Assembly: GCA_964036045.1 (NCBI GenBank)
Contig: OZ038379.1
Span: forward strand, 39,184,001 to 39,248,000
Reading direction: 5' to 3'
DNA length: 64,000 nucleotides
DNA from: Eutreptiella sp. 'Long Island Sound 2002'
Taxonomy: Eukaryota; Protista; Euglenida
A model generated the notes under the pieces. That model saw only the letters and a list, made by a program, of their open reading frames with translations, was not told the DNA's origin and ran no database searches. Below are positions 61,201 to 64,000 of this stretch, in pieces. Each line of letters opens with the position of its first letter. The first letter of the stretch is position 1. The translations under genes were made by a program, and so were the position numbers.

Positions 61201-64000
61201 CTACACCATGGTGTCCCCAATCGGACATCCATCATGGGGCTAGGCTCTGCAGCTTGCGGTCTTCTTCTTGGTTGCCATGGACCATCCGGCTTTCGTCAAG
61301 ATTCCTTGCCAATTCTACTCTCTATGTGTCCCTTATTGATTTGGACTTGCTCCTCAACTTCAAGTCGTTGTGCCTAAAACCTACCTACACACAGACAACC
61401 AATAGCACAATGTTCCTCAAAGCCGTTCCGCAGCATTGTCATGCTGGGCCCAAAAAGGAGCTTTTGCGGTCATAGTTTGGATTTCTTTTTGGACCCTCCG
61501 TTCTTCGTTTCGGCTGCTCTAACAAGGGGCACTTGGTGGAGGCTTACGTAATTTTCTTACCAAGTGATTCAAGGAGTGTGCCACTTGTACTCAAAAAACG
61601 GTGCACTACACGGGGAGGGGTTTCAACCGTTGTTGCCCTGCAGACCCTTTTGGTGATGGATATTCATCAATCGGAACAACAACTTTGTGTATGTTCACCC
61701 TTCAAAGCCCCATTCACATGAGGGGTGGCGCGAATTGGTACTGCTAGGATAGGGTTACCAAGGGTCACCACCTATGGGTCAATAATTGTGTCTAGAATGA
61801 TCCCTTGCAAAGTTCTTCTTGTACCATTTGGGTTGCTCAAAAACTAGTTTGAGGATACTTGGATCCCTTTTTCACCCTTGGCGGCTTACCAAACCTTCAC
61901 AACAACAACATGAAATGAAAAAGGGCCTTTACGGAACAAAATTACCATTGGAAACATGGCTTTTTGAAAAATGTGATCCAATGCCCTCTTGGATGCCACA
62001 ACAAAATGCCGATTCACCAATGAAGGTCCGTTTCTTGTCTTTCTAATACGTGGATACATTGTTTGGTGCGAAAACACCATGCAATGTACACCGTGCCAAG
62101 TGGTGATTCGGGTGATGAGTGTGCAATGTCTAGGACATACAATGCACAACGCACGGAGGGTGCAATGCACAAAGTGCACAGCTTGCAACACACACCACCA
62201 AGGATGCATAGTGCGGATGTGTTTAATTTTTGGTAAGAAATGAAGCCGATGTCTTTTACTCTGAGGGTGAGTCAAACACAACATGGATATTGCGCACTCT
62301 GCGCACTACACACATGGTACACATTGCAATGCAGACTCTTTGCGATGTGCACTCCATGCAACCCACAACACCCCAACTACTCACAACCAACTGCCATTTC
62401 AACACAACTACGTTGGTGGGTGGGTTGTGCCATTGTACCACTAATTTGTCCATCACGTGTGCCATTTGTTGCTCAATATTCATGCGATTTCGTACTCCTT
62501 TGTATCAGCCACCAACATTGTGTACTAAGTAACACAACCTTGTAGTCTTTTCCTCTTTTGTGGAATCTGCGGGTGGGGGTGCTACACCATGGTGTCCCCA
62601 ATCAGACATCCATCATGGGGCTAGGCTCTGCAGCTTGCGGTCTTCTTCTTGGTTGCCATGGACCATCCGGCTTTCGTCAAGATTCCTTGCCAATTCTACT
62701 CTCTATGTGTCCCTTATTGATTTGGACTTGCTCCTCAACTTCAAGTCGTTGTGCCTAAAACCTACCTACACACAAACAACCAATAGCACAATGTTCCTCA
62801 AAGCCGTTCCGCAGCATTGTCATGCTGGGCCCAAAAAGGAGCTTTTGCGGTCATAGTTTGGATTTCTTTTTGGACCTTCCGTTCTTCGTTTTGGTTGCTC
62901 TAACAAGGGGCACTTGGCGGAGGCTTACGTAATTTTTTTACCAAGTGATCCTAGGAGTGTGCCACTTGTACTCAAACAACGGTGCACTACACGGGGAGGG
63001 GTTTCAACCATTGTTGCCTTGCAGACCCTTTTGGTGATGGATATTCATCAATCGGAACAACAACTTTGTGTATGTTCACCCTTCAAAGCCCCATTCACAT
63101 GAGGGGTGGCGCGAATTGGTACTGCTAGGATAGGGTTACCAAGGGTCACCACCTATGGGTCAATAATTGTGTCTAGAATGATCCGTTGCAAAGTTCTTCT
63201 TGTACCATTTGGGTTGCTCAGACAACTAGTTTGAGGATACTTGGATCTCTTTTTCACCCTTGGCGGCTTACCAAACCTTCACAAAAACAACATGAAATGA
63301 AAAAGGGCCTTTACGGAACAAAATTACCATTGGAAACATGGCTTTTTGAAAAATGTGATCCAATGCCCTCTGGGATGCTGCAACAAAATGCCGATTCACC
63401 AATGAAGGACGTTTCTTGTCTTTCTAATACGTGGATACATTGTTTGGTGCGAAAACACCATGCAATGTACACCGTGCCAAGTGGTGATTCGGGTGATGAG
63501 TGTGCAATGTCTAGGACATACAATGCACAACGCACGGAGGATGCAATGCACAAAGTGCACAGCTTGCAACACACACCACCAAGGATGCATAGTGCGGATG
63601 TGTTTAATTTTTGGTAAGAAATGAAGCCGATGCCTCTTACTCTGAGGGTGAATCAAACACCACATGGATATTGCGCACTCTGCGCACTACACACATGGTA
63701 CACATTGCAATGCAGACTCTTTGCGATGTGCACTCCATGCAACCCACAACACCCCAACTACTCACAACCAACTGCCATTTCAACACAACTACGTTGGTGG
63801 GTGGGTTGTGCCATTCTACCACTAATTTGTCCATCACGTGTGCCATTTGTTGCTCAATATTCATGCGATTTCGTACTCCTTTGTATCAGCCACCAACATT
63901 GTGTACTAAGTAACACAACCTTGCAGTCTTTTCCTCTTTTGTGGAATCTGCGGGTGGGGGTGCTACACCATGGTGTCCCCAATCGGACATCCATCATGGG
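31250..64000 (+). repeat. Tandem array (macrosatellite) of ~1382 bp units, ~24 copies, continuing past the window end
   Basis: Equivalent ORFs start at 36007, 37389, 38772, 40154, 41536 ... 62230 and 63611, spaced 1381-1384 bp (1362 where a 21 bp deletion occurs). Confidence 0.99.
31712..31876 (-). other. 165 bp inversion inside the first array unit
   Basis: Reverse complement of the consensus cactacacgggg...ccaagggtcac segment. Confidence 0.92.

Noticed and set aside
34337-63913. Dozens of recurring 60-230 aa ORFs in the array
   Set aside because: They occur in all frames, are Cys/His-rich as expected from CG>TG/CA decay, and stops vary between units. They are not credible genes.
31250-64000. 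CRISPR-like, rDNA, 5S or spliced-leader gene array
   Set aside because: Units are near-identical throughout with no unique spacers, and I recognised no rRNA, 5S, tRNA or SL sequence.

Overview
Eukaryotic, repeat-saturated DNA. I found no intact host gene, RNA gene or CRISPR array. The left half (1-31.2 kb) is nested, decayed mobile DNA. A ~9 kb block occurs twice (1-8877 and 16146-25312, roughly 85-90% identical by eye). Each copy carries the 3' part of a DDE transposase relic, a minus-strand gag-like CCHC gene and two further minus-strand ORF relics. Each also has a plus-strand tyrosine recombinase (YR) -> DIRS-type RT -> RNase H module, in the YR-before-RT order known from VIPER/TATE. The module carries a six-copy structured hairpin and a four-copy ~85 bp leader with a pyrimidine tract and invariant YAG. 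Between and after the copies lie a 2OG-Fe(II) dioxygenase pseudogene, a possible second YR relic, further Transib/RAG1-CMC-like transposase relics, a Helitron-like repeat and short tandem repeats. The right half (31.25-64 kb, open-ended) is a tandem array of ~24 units of ~1382 bp. By manual translation its monomer shares six collinear motifs with the neighbouring transposase relic, so the array appears to be a satellite built from a decayed transposase catalytic core. Substitutions point to CG and CHG methylation decay. All homologies were judged by eye without database searches, and frameshifts in long G/C runs could be assembly errors.
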